Counted from the first letter of the stretch, positions 11,290-19,501 are shown. The stretch: 64,000 nt of DNA from Oscillospiraceae bacterium (GCA_017466885.1 JAFTTH010000021.1:6624-70623); one strand, 5' to 3'. Notes: generated by a model from the letters alone, not told the origin. Translations and numbers: made by a program.

Positions 11290-11435
11290 CCAACTTCGTT
11301 GGATGCAAGCCGGTTTTCCGAGGGCGAAAAGATAGGCTCCGTCCCCGGGTGGCCAGCTTGGCTGGAAGGAATCCGCCAACTTCGTTGGATGTAAGCCGGT
11401 TATATGGAAGCGGAAAGATAGACTCTGTCCCCGGG
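11290..11435 (+). repeat. two imperfect approximately 60-bp direct repeats (11290-11349 and 11376-11435) starting right after the ABC stop codon
   Basis: Hand alignment gives about 50 of 60 identical positions. Each copy begins with the mini-hairpin CCAAC-TTC-GTTGG and ends GTCCCCGGG. The 26-bp spacer carries CCAGC-TTG-GCTGG (11353-11365). Confidence 0.75.
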
Positions 11436-11462
11436 ACTTATAGTATCTTTACTGTAAGCAAG

Positions 11463-11502
11463 AAAAAAGCACTCTGTTGGTTTCACAACTGAGTGCTTTT
11501 CC
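11463..11502. terminator. bidirectional intrinsic terminator between the ABC operon and the GNAT gene
   Basis: Stem AAGCACTC (11467-11474) / GAGTGCTT (11491-11498), flanked by GAAAAAA upstream and TTTT downstream. Confidence 0.65.
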
Positions 11503-11522
11503 GGCCAATTTTTTAACAGCGG

Positions 11523-12368
11523 TTAATCCGCCAGGGTTTTTTCCGCCATCCACTGGGTACTGGAGATGGCAAAGCCCACCTTTCCGTACCATTTATCCAG
11601 CACCAGGTACAAAAGCTGCACCTGATCGCTGCCTCTTTCCTTTAGAATCTGCACCGCACGGGCGGTCAGATCCAAGCCGATGCCCCGTTTCCGATACTTC
11701 GGCACTGTGCCCACGCAGCCGATCGAGCCGTGCTTTGCTGCCTGTTTGGTAAAGATTCCGCCCTCCTCATTGAGCATAGCAAAGGAGGCAATCTCCCCGT
11801 CGCAGAGGGCAAGCAGCACATCATCCCCGCATCCGCGGTACAGCTCCACCCAATCGGGGACAACCTCCTCCGCCGCTTTCAGAAGGGCATCCCGGTCCTC
11901 CTCTGCGGCAAGCCGATAGGTGACTCCTTCCGGCTTGGGGAAGGGGAGTGCGTCATAATCAAAGGTGGCGGTATCCAGCTCCATATTATAGGTAACGTAA
12001 CTGCCGGTATACCCCCGTTTGGCAAAAAAGCCGGACACATCTCTTCCCTCATTATCGGTGGGAACGCCCTGAAAAATACTGTTTGTCCCCCGGGCAAGGG
12101 TAATTTCCTTCACGCCCTGTTCCCGCAGGTATTCCTCCGCCCTCTGCAAAAGTCGGCTGCCGATCCCTCTGTTTCGGTATTCCCGGTCCACGGCCAAAAG
12201 GGAAAGATTGCTTTTTCCCAAAAGGGCAAAGCCCACCAGCCGGTCCCCCTCCCGCTCCTCCAGGAGGACAGCAGTATCCCCGATGCCGGTCATAGAGCAG
12301 AAACCCTCATACTCCAGAGGATAGTCGGGAAAGCATTTCTGATAGAGCGCATAATGAGATGTTGACAT
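11523..12368 (-). CDS. GNAT family N-acetyltransferase (two acetyltransferase modules)
   Basis: Two acetyl-CoA motif-A-like blocks (YRNRGIGSRLL and YRKRGIGLDL). Start reset to ATG 12368 behind AAAGGAG. Confidence 0.75.
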   Translation of the reverse strand: MSTSHYALYQKCFPDYPLEYEGFCSMTGIGDTAVLLEEREGDRLVGFALLGKSNLSLLAVDREYRNRGIGSRLLQRAEEYLREQGVKEITLARGTNSIFQGVPTDNEGRDVSGFFAKRGYTGSYVTYNMELDTATFDYDALPFPKPEGVTYRLAAEEDRDALLKAAEEVVPDWVELYRGCGDDVLLALCDGEIASFAMLNEEGGIFTKQAAKHGSIGCVGTVPKYRKRGIGLDLTARAVQILKERGSDQVQLLYLVLDKWYGKVGFAISSTQWMAEKTLAD

Positions 12369-12484
12369 AAAACGATGCTCCTTTGGGCAAGATAATAACT
12401 TCATTATATCGCAGAAAAATTTCCCCGTCAAGAAAGGGACAGGACGCCATCCCCCAAAACATTCTATACAAGAGGTATTATTTT

Positions 12485-13558
12485 ATGGGAAAATTACGCC
12501 AAAGCAATATTGAGCTTCTGCGGATCGTTGCGATGCTGTTGATTGTTGGGCATCATTTTTCGGTGCACGGCGAATTTGACTTCGGCACCACTCTTTCGGT
12601 CAACCGTTTCTGGATCCAGTTTCTTTCCATTGGGGGGAAGCTGGGGGTCAACCTTTTTGTTTTGATCTCGGGATATTTTCTCTCGGGGCAAGGTGGATTT
12701 CGTCCCCAGCGGCTTTTGAAGCTTCACGCGCCCGTTTATTTTTATTCCATCCTCTTTTTCTGCATTTTCTTTTTCTGTGGCTGGGAGTACTCCACCAACC
12801 AGTATTTAAAGAGCTTTTTTCCCATTCTGTTTCGGGAATGGTGGTTTGCTTCGGTGTATTTCGTGCTGTTTCTTTTTTCTCCCTTCCTCAACCGCTTTTT
12901 GGAGCAGCTTTCCCGGCGGGAGCACCGCATATTGCTGGCGGTGATGGCCGTCTGCTGGAGTCTTGTTCCCACCCTGACGGGAAGAATGCTGGAAAGCAAC
13001 GATCTGATATGGTTTGGCTTCCTTTACTGCCTTGCGGCATACCTGCGGCGGTACGGCGGGGAGATCTCCCTCCGCAGCGGGCAGGCCTTTGGAGTGGCCG
13101 GGATAACGGCCGGGCTGATGATGTCCAGCACCCTTCTTTTTGATCTGATCGGGACGAAGATCTCCATTTTCTCCACCCATGCTACCCACTTTTTCGGGAT
13201 GGAGCAGACACCCCAGCTGATTCTTTCGGTGGCGCTTTTCCTGGCCTTTCTCCGTTTGCCCACCTTTTCCTCCCCCCTGGTCAATGGCATTTCAGCCACC
13301 ACCTTCGGCATCTATCTGATCCACGACCAGTTTTTCCTTCGCCCCTTTTTGTGGGAGAGACTGCTCCAAAATGCCGCCTGGCAGGATTCCCCCTTCCTGA
13401 TTCCTTATAGCATCCTTTGCATTTTAGGGGTATTTGTCCTCTGTGGGGGGATCGAGTGGTTGCGGCTTTGCACCGTCGGCCGGCTGCAGGATCGGCTGGC
13501 AGAGTGGCTTGGCATCCGGCTTCGCTCCCTCCCGGATAAAATGAGAAGGCCGACCTGA
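12485..13558 (+). CDS. acyltransferase family 3 membrane protein (OatA/WecH-like O-acyltransferase)
   Basis: N-terminus NIELLRIVAMLLIVGHH is typical of acyltransferase_3. About 10 TM segments. Start reset to ATG 12485. Confidence 0.8.
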   Translation: MGKLRQSNIELLRIVAMLLIVGHHFSVHGEFDFGTTLSVNRFWIQFLSIGGKLGVNLFVLISGYFLSGQGGFRPQRLLKLHAPVYFYSILFFCIFFFCGWEYSTNQYLKSFFPILFREWWFASVYFVLFLFSPFLNRFLEQLSRREHRILLAVMAVCWSLVPTLTGRMLESNDLIWFGFLYCLAAYLRRYGGEISLRSGQAFGVAGITAGLMMSSTLLFDLIGTKISIFSTHATHFFGMEQTPQLILSVALFLAFLRLPTFSSPLVNGISATTFGIYLIHDQFFLRPFLWERLLQNAAWQDSPFLIPYSILCILGVFVLCGGIEWLRLCTVGRLQDRLAEWLGIRLRSLPDKMRRPT

Positions 13559-13590
13559 TTTAGCGTGTTATCCTTAACGGAGAACACGCA

Positions 13591-13764
13591 GTCAAATCCG
13601 TCTTCGACGGGTGAAATCCACCTCTGGTGGATGAAATCGCGTTTGCGATGAAATCCTGCTTGGCAGGGTTGTATTTAGACGGATTTGATTTCATCCGAGG
13701 ACTTGTCCTTGGATTTCATCTGAACGAAGTGAAGATTTCATCGTTGCCGCGCAACGATTTCATT
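13591..13764. repeat. polarity-switching array of mini-hairpins joined by GAA (first half) and TTC (second half) linkers
   Basis: Forward heptamers: TCAAATC at 13592 and TGAAATC at 13612, 13632 and 13649. Reverse heptamers: GATTTGA at 13682 and GATTTCA at 13687, 13712, 13734 and 13756. Hairpins: 13596-13612, 13616-13632, 13636-13649, 13653-13669, 13693-13714, 13718-13736 (weak) and 13740-13758. A 12-bp long-range pairing joins 13591-13602 and 13678-13689. Confidence 0.75.
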
Positions 13765-13780
13765 AAACCAACAGAAAAAG

Positions 13781-13827
13781 AGATAACATTTCGGCTACGA
13801 ACCGATTTGTTATCTCTTTCTGTCGTT
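13781..13827. terminator. long hairpin, possible terminator in the convergent spacer
   Basis: AGAGATAACA / TGTTATCTCT 10-bp perfect stem, extended by ACAGAAA/TTTCTGT with a bulge. The minus-strand reading ends in CTCTTTTTCTGTTGGTTT. It is 140 nt from the dac gene stop, so assignment is uncertain. Confidence 0.4.
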
Positions 13828-13857
13828 ATAAGGGTTTAGGCTTAGCCCATATTTGCG

Positions 13858-13871
13858 TTTGACTAGTCAAA
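13858..13871. promoter_or_regulatory. perfect 14-bp palindrome TTTGACTAGTCAAA (operator-like)
   Basis: Read directly from the sequence and self-complementary over all 14 positions. There is no adjacent gene start on either strand. Confidence 0.35.
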
Positions 13872-13968
13872 TGCAATGCTTGCACTTTGCTCAAAGCATA
13901 AATTCTCCGCTAAGAACATCACCCATTCCGGGAGGAGCGTTTCTGTTTGTGTGAATATTCAGAGGGGA

Positions 13969-15153
13969 TCACATTTTCAGCATTGACAGGAGCATTTGAA
14001 GCAGGGCGTCCCAAAAGCTCTTTTTCCGGACTCCTTCCCCGGCAAAGACGGCCGACTCTCCCAGCTTTTCATCGTCCAGGAAATATTCCACCTTGCCGAG
14101 GACTTGCCCCTCCTCTACCGGTGCTTCCAAAGCCTCCGGCAGGGTCAGCACCCGGGAGATATCCCCCCTCCGGCCTTTGGGGATCAGTACCTGAGCGGGA
14201 GGGTCATAGGCCAGGGGGAGTGTATCTGCAATGCCGCCTACTACCGGAAGGGTGGCAGGAAATTCCTCCCCCAGCTCGGGAGTGACCGTTTCCCAGTTGG
14301 CAAAGCCGTGATCCAGCAGAGCCCGGGCCGAGGCAAACCGCTCATCGCTGGTGGCGCAGCCCATCACCACCGCAATAAAGGAGACCCCCTCCCGGCTGGC
14401 CGAGGCGGAAAGACAGCTTCCTGCCAAGGAGGTCGTTCCGGTTTTCAGACCCGTTGCGCCTTTGTAAAACCGGATCAGCCGGTTGGTGTTGACCAGAGAG
14501 GTGGCCCCATCCCGGAGGGTATCCATCCAGATGGTGGTGTATTCCAGAATTTTGGAATGGGAAAGGAGCTCCCGGGACATTACGGCAATATCGTGAGCGG
14601 AGGTCATATGCCCTTCAGCGTCCAGACCGTGAGCGTTAACAAACTGTGTGTCTGCCATTCCAAGCTCCTGGGCGCGGCGGTTCATCATCGCCACGAATCC
14701 ATCGTTGCTTCCGGCAACATGCTCTCCCAAAGCCACCGCCGCGTCGTTTGCGCTGGAAACGGCTGTGGCCTTGATTAAATCGTGAACGCTCATCTCCTCT
14801 CCGGGGGCGAGCCAGATCTCCGAGCCGCCCATCGAGCTGGCATAATCGCTGGTGACGACCCGATCCTCCAGAGAGATCTTCCCGCTATCAATGGCCTCCA
14901 TCACCAAAAGGAGGGTCATAATCTTGGTCACCGATGCGGGATGCATTTTCTCGTGGGCGTTTTTTTCATAAAGGATCTGTCCGGTGGTCTGTTCAATGAG
15001 GATCCCCGACTTTGCGGAGATCTCGGGAGCGGCAGGCTGGGTCAGAACGGTAATCAGCTCCTCCCCCTCCGATGCGGACACTCCGGGGCAGAGCCCCCAC
15101 AGCATCAAAGCGGCAAGCCCGCCTGCAAGCAGATGCCTGCGTTTTCCTTCCAT
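13969..15153 (-). CDS. D-alanyl-D-alanine carboxypeptidase (peptidase S11, low-molecular-weight PBP)
   Basis: Signal peptide, SxxK (ASVTK), an SAN-type motif (VSSAND) and KTG (LKTGTT). 394 aa. Confidence 0.88.
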   Translation of the reverse strand: MEGKRRHLLAGGLAALMLWGLCPGVSASEGEELITVLTQPAAPEISAKSGILIEQTTGQILYEKNAHEKMHPASVTKIMTLLLVMEAIDSGKISLEDRVVTSDYASSMGGSEIWLAPGEEMSVHDLIKATAVSSANDAAVALGEHVAGSNDGFVAMMNRRAQELGMADTQFVNAHGLDAEGHMTSAHDIAVMSRELLSHSKILEYTTIWMDTLRDGATSLVNTNRLIRFYKGATGLKTGTTSLAGSCLSASASREGVSFIAVVMGCATSDERFASARALLDHGFANWETVTPELGEEFPATLPVVGGIADTLPLAYDPPAQVLIPKGRRGDISRVLTLPEALEAPVEEGQVLGKVEYFLDDEKLGESAVFAGEGVRKKSFWDALLQMLLSMLKM

Positions 15154-15228
15154 AACCCTTCCTCCTTCTTTTTCTCTTCGGAACAGTTTATGCAGAAAAA
15201 CGGCCCTTCATTCCACAGGAAAAAGCGC

Positions 15229-15262
15229 ATAAAAACCGGGATGGCCAAAAAACCATCCCGGT
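15229..15262 (-). terminator. intrinsic terminator after ddh
   Basis: Minus-strand AACCGGGATGG-TTTTTTGG-CCATCCCGGTT followed by TTTAT. Stems at 15234-15244 and 15252-15262. Confidence 0.7.
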
Positions 15263-15275
15263 TCTCTTTTTCTGA

Positions 15276-16262
15276 TTACAGCAGCTCTGCCCGCAGCTCC
15301 TGAGCGGATTTGGGGCTGAGGTAGGCAGGGGGGATATCAAATACCGTTTTGCAGCCTGTTTGACCCTCCCGGCCCATCCGGGCAACGGCGCGGGCGTAAG
15401 CGACGATCACCGAGGCGGTAAACTCGGGGTTGGAGTCCAGCTTCAGCCGGTATTCGATCACGTGGTTATGCTCTTTTTCCAGACCGGTTTTTCCGGTGCG
15501 GATCACAAAGCCGCCGTGGGGGATCCCGCTGTGATCCCGCTTCAGCTCCTCGGCCGAAATAAAGTGAACGGTGGTATCATAATCGGCAAAATAGTTGGGC
15601 ATCTGCTTGATCTCCTGCTCAATCCGGGCGAGGTCGGCAGAGGGCTCCGCTACCACAAAGCACTCCCGGGTATGCTTCTGCCGGACGGTCAGCTGGGGGT
15701 TTTCACCGCTCCGGGCAGCCTCCAGGGCGCTCTCCACCGGGATGGTATACTGCTTGGCATCCAAAACACCCTCAATCCGGCGAATGGCATCGGAGTGGCC
15801 CTGGCTGACTCCCTTACCCCAGAAGGTGTAGTCCTTCCCCTCGGGGAGGATCGCGCCGGCATACAGCCGGTTGAGGGAGAACATTCCCGGATCCCATCCC
15901 ACCGAGATCATTGCCACCTTTCCGGCGGCGCGGGCGGCCTCATCGACCCGGTCAAAGTGTTCGGGGATTTTGGCATGGGTATCAAAGCTATCCACTACGT
16001 GGAACCACCGGGCAAGCTCGGGGGTCTGCCGGGGCAGATCGGTGGCACTTCCTCCACAAAGGATCATTACATCGATTTTATCCGCACAGGAAGGGGCATC
16101 CTCCGCCCGAAGGACGGGAACGTCAGGGGTATTGATCTTCAGACTGGCGGGATCCCGGCGGGTAAAGACAGCCGCCAGCTCCATATCGGGGTTTTGGCGG
16201 AGGGCACTTTCGATCCCCCGGCCAAGATTGCCGTACCCGTAAATTCCGATGCGTGTTTTCAT
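15276..16262 (-). CDS. ddh: meso-diaminopimelate D-dehydrogenase
   Basis: 328 aa. N-terminal Rossmann motif IGIYGYGNLGRG, with length and overall pattern of Ddh. Start reset to ATG 16262. Confidence 0.8.
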   Translation of the reverse strand: MKTRIGIYGYGNLGRGIESALRQNPDMELAAVFTRRDPASLKINTPDVPVLRAEDAPSCADKIDVMILCGGSATDLPRQTPELARWFHVVDSFDTHAKIPEHFDRVDEAARAAGKVAMISVGWDPGMFSLNRLYAGAILPEGKDYTFWGKGVSQGHSDAIRRIEGVLDAKQYTIPVESALEAARSGENPQLTVRQKHTRECFVVAEPSADLARIEQEIKQMPNYFADYDTTVHFISAEELKRDHSGIPHGGFVIRTGKTGLEKEHNHVIEYRLKLDSNPEFTASVIVAYARAVARMGREGQTGCKTVFDIPPAYLSPKSAQELRAELL

Positions 16263-16412
16263 TGTTATCAACCTCTGCAATCAAACTGTGAAAATATGAA
16301 TCTATTTTACATCATTTTCAAGGCGGTTGTAAAGTGCCGGGGAAATATTATTTTACAAAAATGGCTCTTTGGAGTATACTATAAGGCAGTACGATTTGGG
16401 AGGATGCGGAAA

Positions 16413-17489
16413 ATGACCTATTGCGTTGCGGTAATACCGGGAGACGGAATCGGCCCGGAGGTTTTGGCAGAAGGGGTAAAGATGCTGGAGGCGGTTGCCG
16501 CCCTGGACGGCAGCTTTCAGTTTGAGTTTACCCATTTCCCCTGGGGATGTGAGTACTACCTTCGCGAGGGGCGGATGATGCCGGAGGATGGGCTGGATAC
16601 CCTTCGCGGCTTCGATGCGATCTTCCTCGGTGCGGTGGGATACCCTGGGGTTCCCGATCATATCTCCCTGTGGGATCTGCTTTTGGTGATTCGGAAGGAG
16701 TTCGATCAGTATATCAATCTCCGTCCGGTCAAGCTTCTCAAAGGCGCACCCTGCCCCCTGGCGGGCGTCTCCCGGGAAGAGATCGATATGCTCTTTGTCC
16801 GGGAAAACAGCGAGGGAGAGTATGCCGGGAGCGGTAGCTGGCTTTATAAGGGTCAACCCAATGAGGTAGTCATTCAGAACGGCGTTTTCTCCCGGAAGGG
16901 CTGCGAGCGGGTGATCCGGTATGCTTATGAGCTGGCCCGGAAGGAGAAAAAGACTCTGACCAGCATCAGCAAGGGGAATGCCCTGAACTATTCTATGGTG
17001 TTCTGGGATCAGATCTTTGCCGAGGTGGGAAGGGAGTATCCCGATGTTACCACCTACTCTTATCTGGTGGATGCGGCCAGTATGTTTATGGTCAAGGATC
17101 CGGGAAGATTCCAGATCGTTGTGACCTCCAACCTCTTTGGGGATATCCTTACCGACCTGGGTGCCGCCATTGCGGGAGGGATGGGCCTTGCCGCCGGAGC
17201 AAACCTGAATCCGGAGGGGAAATATCCCTCTATGTTTGAGCCGATCCACGGTTCTGCCCCCGACATTGCCGGTCAGGGGAAGGCAAACCCTCTGGCAACC
17301 CTTTGGTCTGCCGCCCAAATGCTGGAGCATTTCGGTTACCCTCACTGGTCAGACCGGATCATTGATACCATTGAACAGTTGCTGGTGGAGGGTAAGACCC
17401 TGACTCCCGATTTGGGGGGCACCGCCACAACACAGGAGGTAGGAACCCGGGCAGTTCAGATGATGCAGGAGCGTTTTTCGCAGAAATAA
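16413..17489 (+). CDS. tartrate dehydrogenase / D-malate dehydrogenase (isocitrate-isopropylmalate dehydrogenase family)
   Basis: VIPGDGIGPEV N-terminus, NLFGDILTDL and HGSAPDIAG motifs. It is the 3' part of a 709-aa track ORF whose 5' part is antisense to ddh. Start ATG 16413 behind GGGAGGA. Confidence 0.75.
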   Translation: MTYCVAVIPGDGIGPEVLAEGVKMLEAVAALDGSFQFEFTHFPWGCEYYLREGRMMPEDGLDTLRGFDAIFLGAVGYPGVPDHISLWDLLLVIRKEFDQYINLRPVKLLKGAPCPLAGVSREEIDMLFVRENSEGEYAGSGSWLYKGQPNEVVIQNGVFSRKGCERVIRYAYELARKEKKTLTSISKGNALNYSMVFWDQIFAEVGREYPDVTTYSYLVDAASMFMVKDPGRFQIVVTSNLFGDILTDLGAAIAGGMGLAAGANLNPEGKYPSMFEPIHGSAPDIAGQGKANPLATLWSAAQMLEHFGYPHWSDRIIDTIEQLLVEGKTLTPDLGGTATTQEVGTRAVQMMQERFSQK

Positions 17490-17564
17490 CTGCTGTATTT
17501 TTTAAAATATATGATGGAGCAAAGAAGAAAGTTCCGTTAAAATGTAGAAAAACGGTGAGAATAC

Positions 17565-17593
17565 TTGACTTTACTGCTTTATGGTGGTAAAGT
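17565..17593 (+). promoter_or_regulatory. sigma-A type promoter upstream of paaK-like gene
   Basis: TTGACT (17565-17570), 17-bp spacer, extended -10 TGgTAAAGT (17585-17593). Confidence 0.5.
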
Positions 17594-17650
17594 GTAAAGG
17601 TGAAATTTGCCCCAATCAGGGGCGATTTATAAAAACAAGGAGGCGGCGTT

Positions 17651-18952
17651 ATGGAACGCTACTATCAACCGGAAATCGAAACCGCCAGCCGGGAACAAAT
17701 CAAAGCCTGGCAGGATGAGCGCCTGGTCAAGCAGGTCAAGCACGTTTGGGACAATGTCCCCTACTACCGCAAGAAGATGGAGGCAAAAGGCCTTACCCCC
17801 GCCGACATCAAGGGAACGGAGGACCTGTATAAGCTTCCCTTTGTGACCAAGGCAGATCTTCGGGATGCGTATCCTTACGGCCTTTTGGCAAAGCCCCTTT
17901 CGGAGTGTGTCCGGATCCAGTCTACCTCCGGTACCACCGGCAAGCGTGTCGTGGCGTTTTATACGCAACACGATATTGACCTATGGGAGGATTGCTGTGC
18001 CCGCGCGATTATGGCTGTTGGCGGCACCAATGAGGATGTTTGTCAGGTCTCTTACGGCTACGGTCTGTTCACCGGCGGCCCCGGCCTCAACGGCGGCAGC
18101 CATAAGGTGGGATGCCTGACTATTCCCACCTCTTCGGGAAATACCGAGCGTCAGATTATGTTCATCCGGGATCTGAATGCAACGATCCTCTGCTGCACCC
18201 CCTCTTACGCCTCCTATATCGGTGAGACTATGAAGGAAATGGGTCTGACCCCCGATCAGATTCCCCTGAAAGCGGGTATCTTCGGCGCAGAGGCCTGGAG
18301 TGAGGAGATGCGGCAGGATATTCAGAATACTCTGGGTATTAAAGCATATGATATTTACGGATTGACAGAGCTTTCGGGGCCCGGCGTATCCTTTGAGTGC
18401 TCCGCCCAGACCGGAATGCATATCAACGAGGACCACTTCATTGCCGAGATTATCGACCCCGATACCGGAGAGGTTCTTCCCGCCGGCTCCAAGGGTGAGC
18501 TGGTATTCACCTCCATCACCAAGGAGGCCTTCCCTCTGCTGCGGTACCGCACCCGGGATATCTGCACCCTCAACTATGAGCCCTGTCCCTGCGGCCGGAC
18601 CCACGTGAAGATGAGCAAGCCTATGGGCCGGAGCGATGATATGCTGATTATCCGCGGCGTAAACGTCTTCCCCTCCCAGATTGAAACGGTTCTGCTCAAT
18701 AAGGGTTATTCGGCAAACTATCAGATCATTGTTGACCGCGTCAAGTCCACCGATACGCTGGATGTCCACGTGGAGATGACCCCCGAAATGTTTACCGATA
18801 ATATGGGTGAGATCGACCGCCGTCAGAAGGATCTTGCCGCAGGACTCCAGTCTATGCTGGGAATTTCCGCCAAGGTCACCCTCGTTTCTCCCAAGTCCAT
18901 TGCCCGGAGTGAAGGCAAGGCCGTCCGGGTCATTGATAAACGTAAAATCTAA
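17651..18952 (+). CDS. paaK: phenylacetate--CoA ligase family protein
   Basis: 433 aa. Adenylate-forming motif STSGTTGKRV and a YRTRD motif. Overall PaaK-like N-terminus (YYQPEIE..RE.I...Q). Confidence 0.85.
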   Translation: MERYYQPEIETASREQIKAWQDERLVKQVKHVWDNVPYYRKKMEAKGLTPADIKGTEDLYKLPFVTKADLRDAYPYGLLAKPLSECVRIQSTSGTTGKRVVAFYTQHDIDLWEDCCARAIMAVGGTNEDVCQVSYGYGLFTGGPGLNGGSHKVGCLTIPTSSGNTERQIMFIRDLNATILCCTPSYASYIGETMKEMGLTPDQIPLKAGIFGAEAWSEEMRQDIQNTLGIKAYDIYGLTELSGPGVSFECSAQTGMHINEDHFIAEIIDPDTGEVLPAGSKGELVFTSITKEAFPLLRYRTRDICTLNYEPCPCGRTHVKMSKPMGRSDDMLIIRGVNVFPSQIETVLLNKGYSANYQIIVDRVKSTDTLDVHVEMTPEMFTDNMGEIDRRQKDLAAGLQSMLGISAKVTLVSPKSIARSEGKAVRVIDKRKI

Positions 18953-18967
18953 CAGGAGGGATTTTTT

Positions 18968-19402
18968 ATGAGTGTCAAGCAGATTTCTGTATTTGTAGAG
19001 AATAAGCCGGGCGCAATGAGCGCGATGACCGCAGTTCTGGCGGACAATGACATTGATATGCGTGCCCTTTCCCTGGCGGAGACAGAGGATTTCGGAATCG
19101 TCCGGATCATCGTGGATGACGTTTATACTGCGGCGACCGTCCTCAAGGACGCCGGTTATGTGCACTCTATCACTCCGGTGCTGGGCGTTGCCATTCCCGA
19201 TACCCCGGGCGGACTCAATAAAGTCCTCTCCGCTTTGACGGACGTACAGATCAACGTGGAATATATGTATGCCTTCCTGGGCGGCAAAAAAGCCGACCAC
19301 GCTTATATGATCTTCCGTGTGGCGGATGCCGCCGCGGCTTCGGCTGCGTTGGTCGCCCGGGGAATCCAAACGGTGGACCAGGACGAGGTAGGAAACCTTT
19401 AG
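18968..19402 (+). CDS. ACT domain-containing protein
   Basis: 144 aa. Tandem ACT-like pattern (ISVFVENKPGA ... GVAIPDTPGGL). Commonly paired with PaaK-type ligases. Confidence 0.7.
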   Translation: MSVKQISVFVENKPGAMSAMTAVLADNDIDMRALSLAETEDFGIVRIIVDDVYTAATVLKDAGYVHSITPVLGVAIPDTPGGLNKVLSALTDVQINVEYMYAFLGGKKADHAYMIFRVADAAAASAALVARGIQTVDQDEVGNL

Positions 19403-19410
19403 GGAAAGAC

Positions 19411-19442
19411 AAAACGGCGATGCGAAAGCTTCGCCGTTTTTG
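19411..19442 (+). terminator. intrinsic terminator after ACT-domain gene
   Basis: AAAACGGCGA ... TCGCCGTTTT inverted repeat followed by a T-run. Confidence 0.65.
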
Positions 19443-19501
19443 CATATTCATCCCATTCGGGGGAATACTTGGAGTAACAAAACCGAAAGGATGGGAAGAA
19501 T

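Noticed and set aside
11476-11492. GGTTTCACAACT as a parS (TGTTTCACGTGAAACA) site near the origin
   Set aside because: Only one half-site matches. It is the loop of the terminator hairpin.
11467-11498. AGCACTC...GAGTGCT inverted repeat resembling the HrcA CIRCE operator (TTAGCACTC-N9-GAGTGCTAA)
   Set aside because: The spacer is 16 nt rather than 9 and the TTA/TAA flanks are missing. It sits at the 3' ends of two convergent genes with A/T runs, so it fits a bidirectional terminator, and no chaperone gene is nearby.
13591-13764. Possible CRISPR array or tRNA-like gene in the hairpin block
   Set aside because: The repeated unit is only 7-9 nt with 17-25 bp periodicity, and the intervening segments are themselves palindromes. 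There are no 25-40 bp constant repeats or cas genes. The cloverleaf-like fold has 3-4 nt loops and lacks T-loop and D-loop consensus, so it is not a tRNA.
13627-13839. 70-aa plus-strand ORF across the hairpin array
   Set aside because: It has a GTG start with no RBS. It uses codons that are rare elsewhere in the window (TTA, CTA, ATA). The peptide is simply the translation of the GAAATC/GATTTC repeats, and the reading frame is closed by a TGA just upstream.
15360-16412. 5' two thirds of the 709-aa plus-strand ORF 15360-17489
   Set aside because: This part is antisense to ddh and Gly/Pro/Leu-rich. The dehydrogenase homology starts only at MTYCVAVIPGDGIGPEV (16413), directly behind a GGGAGGA RBS.
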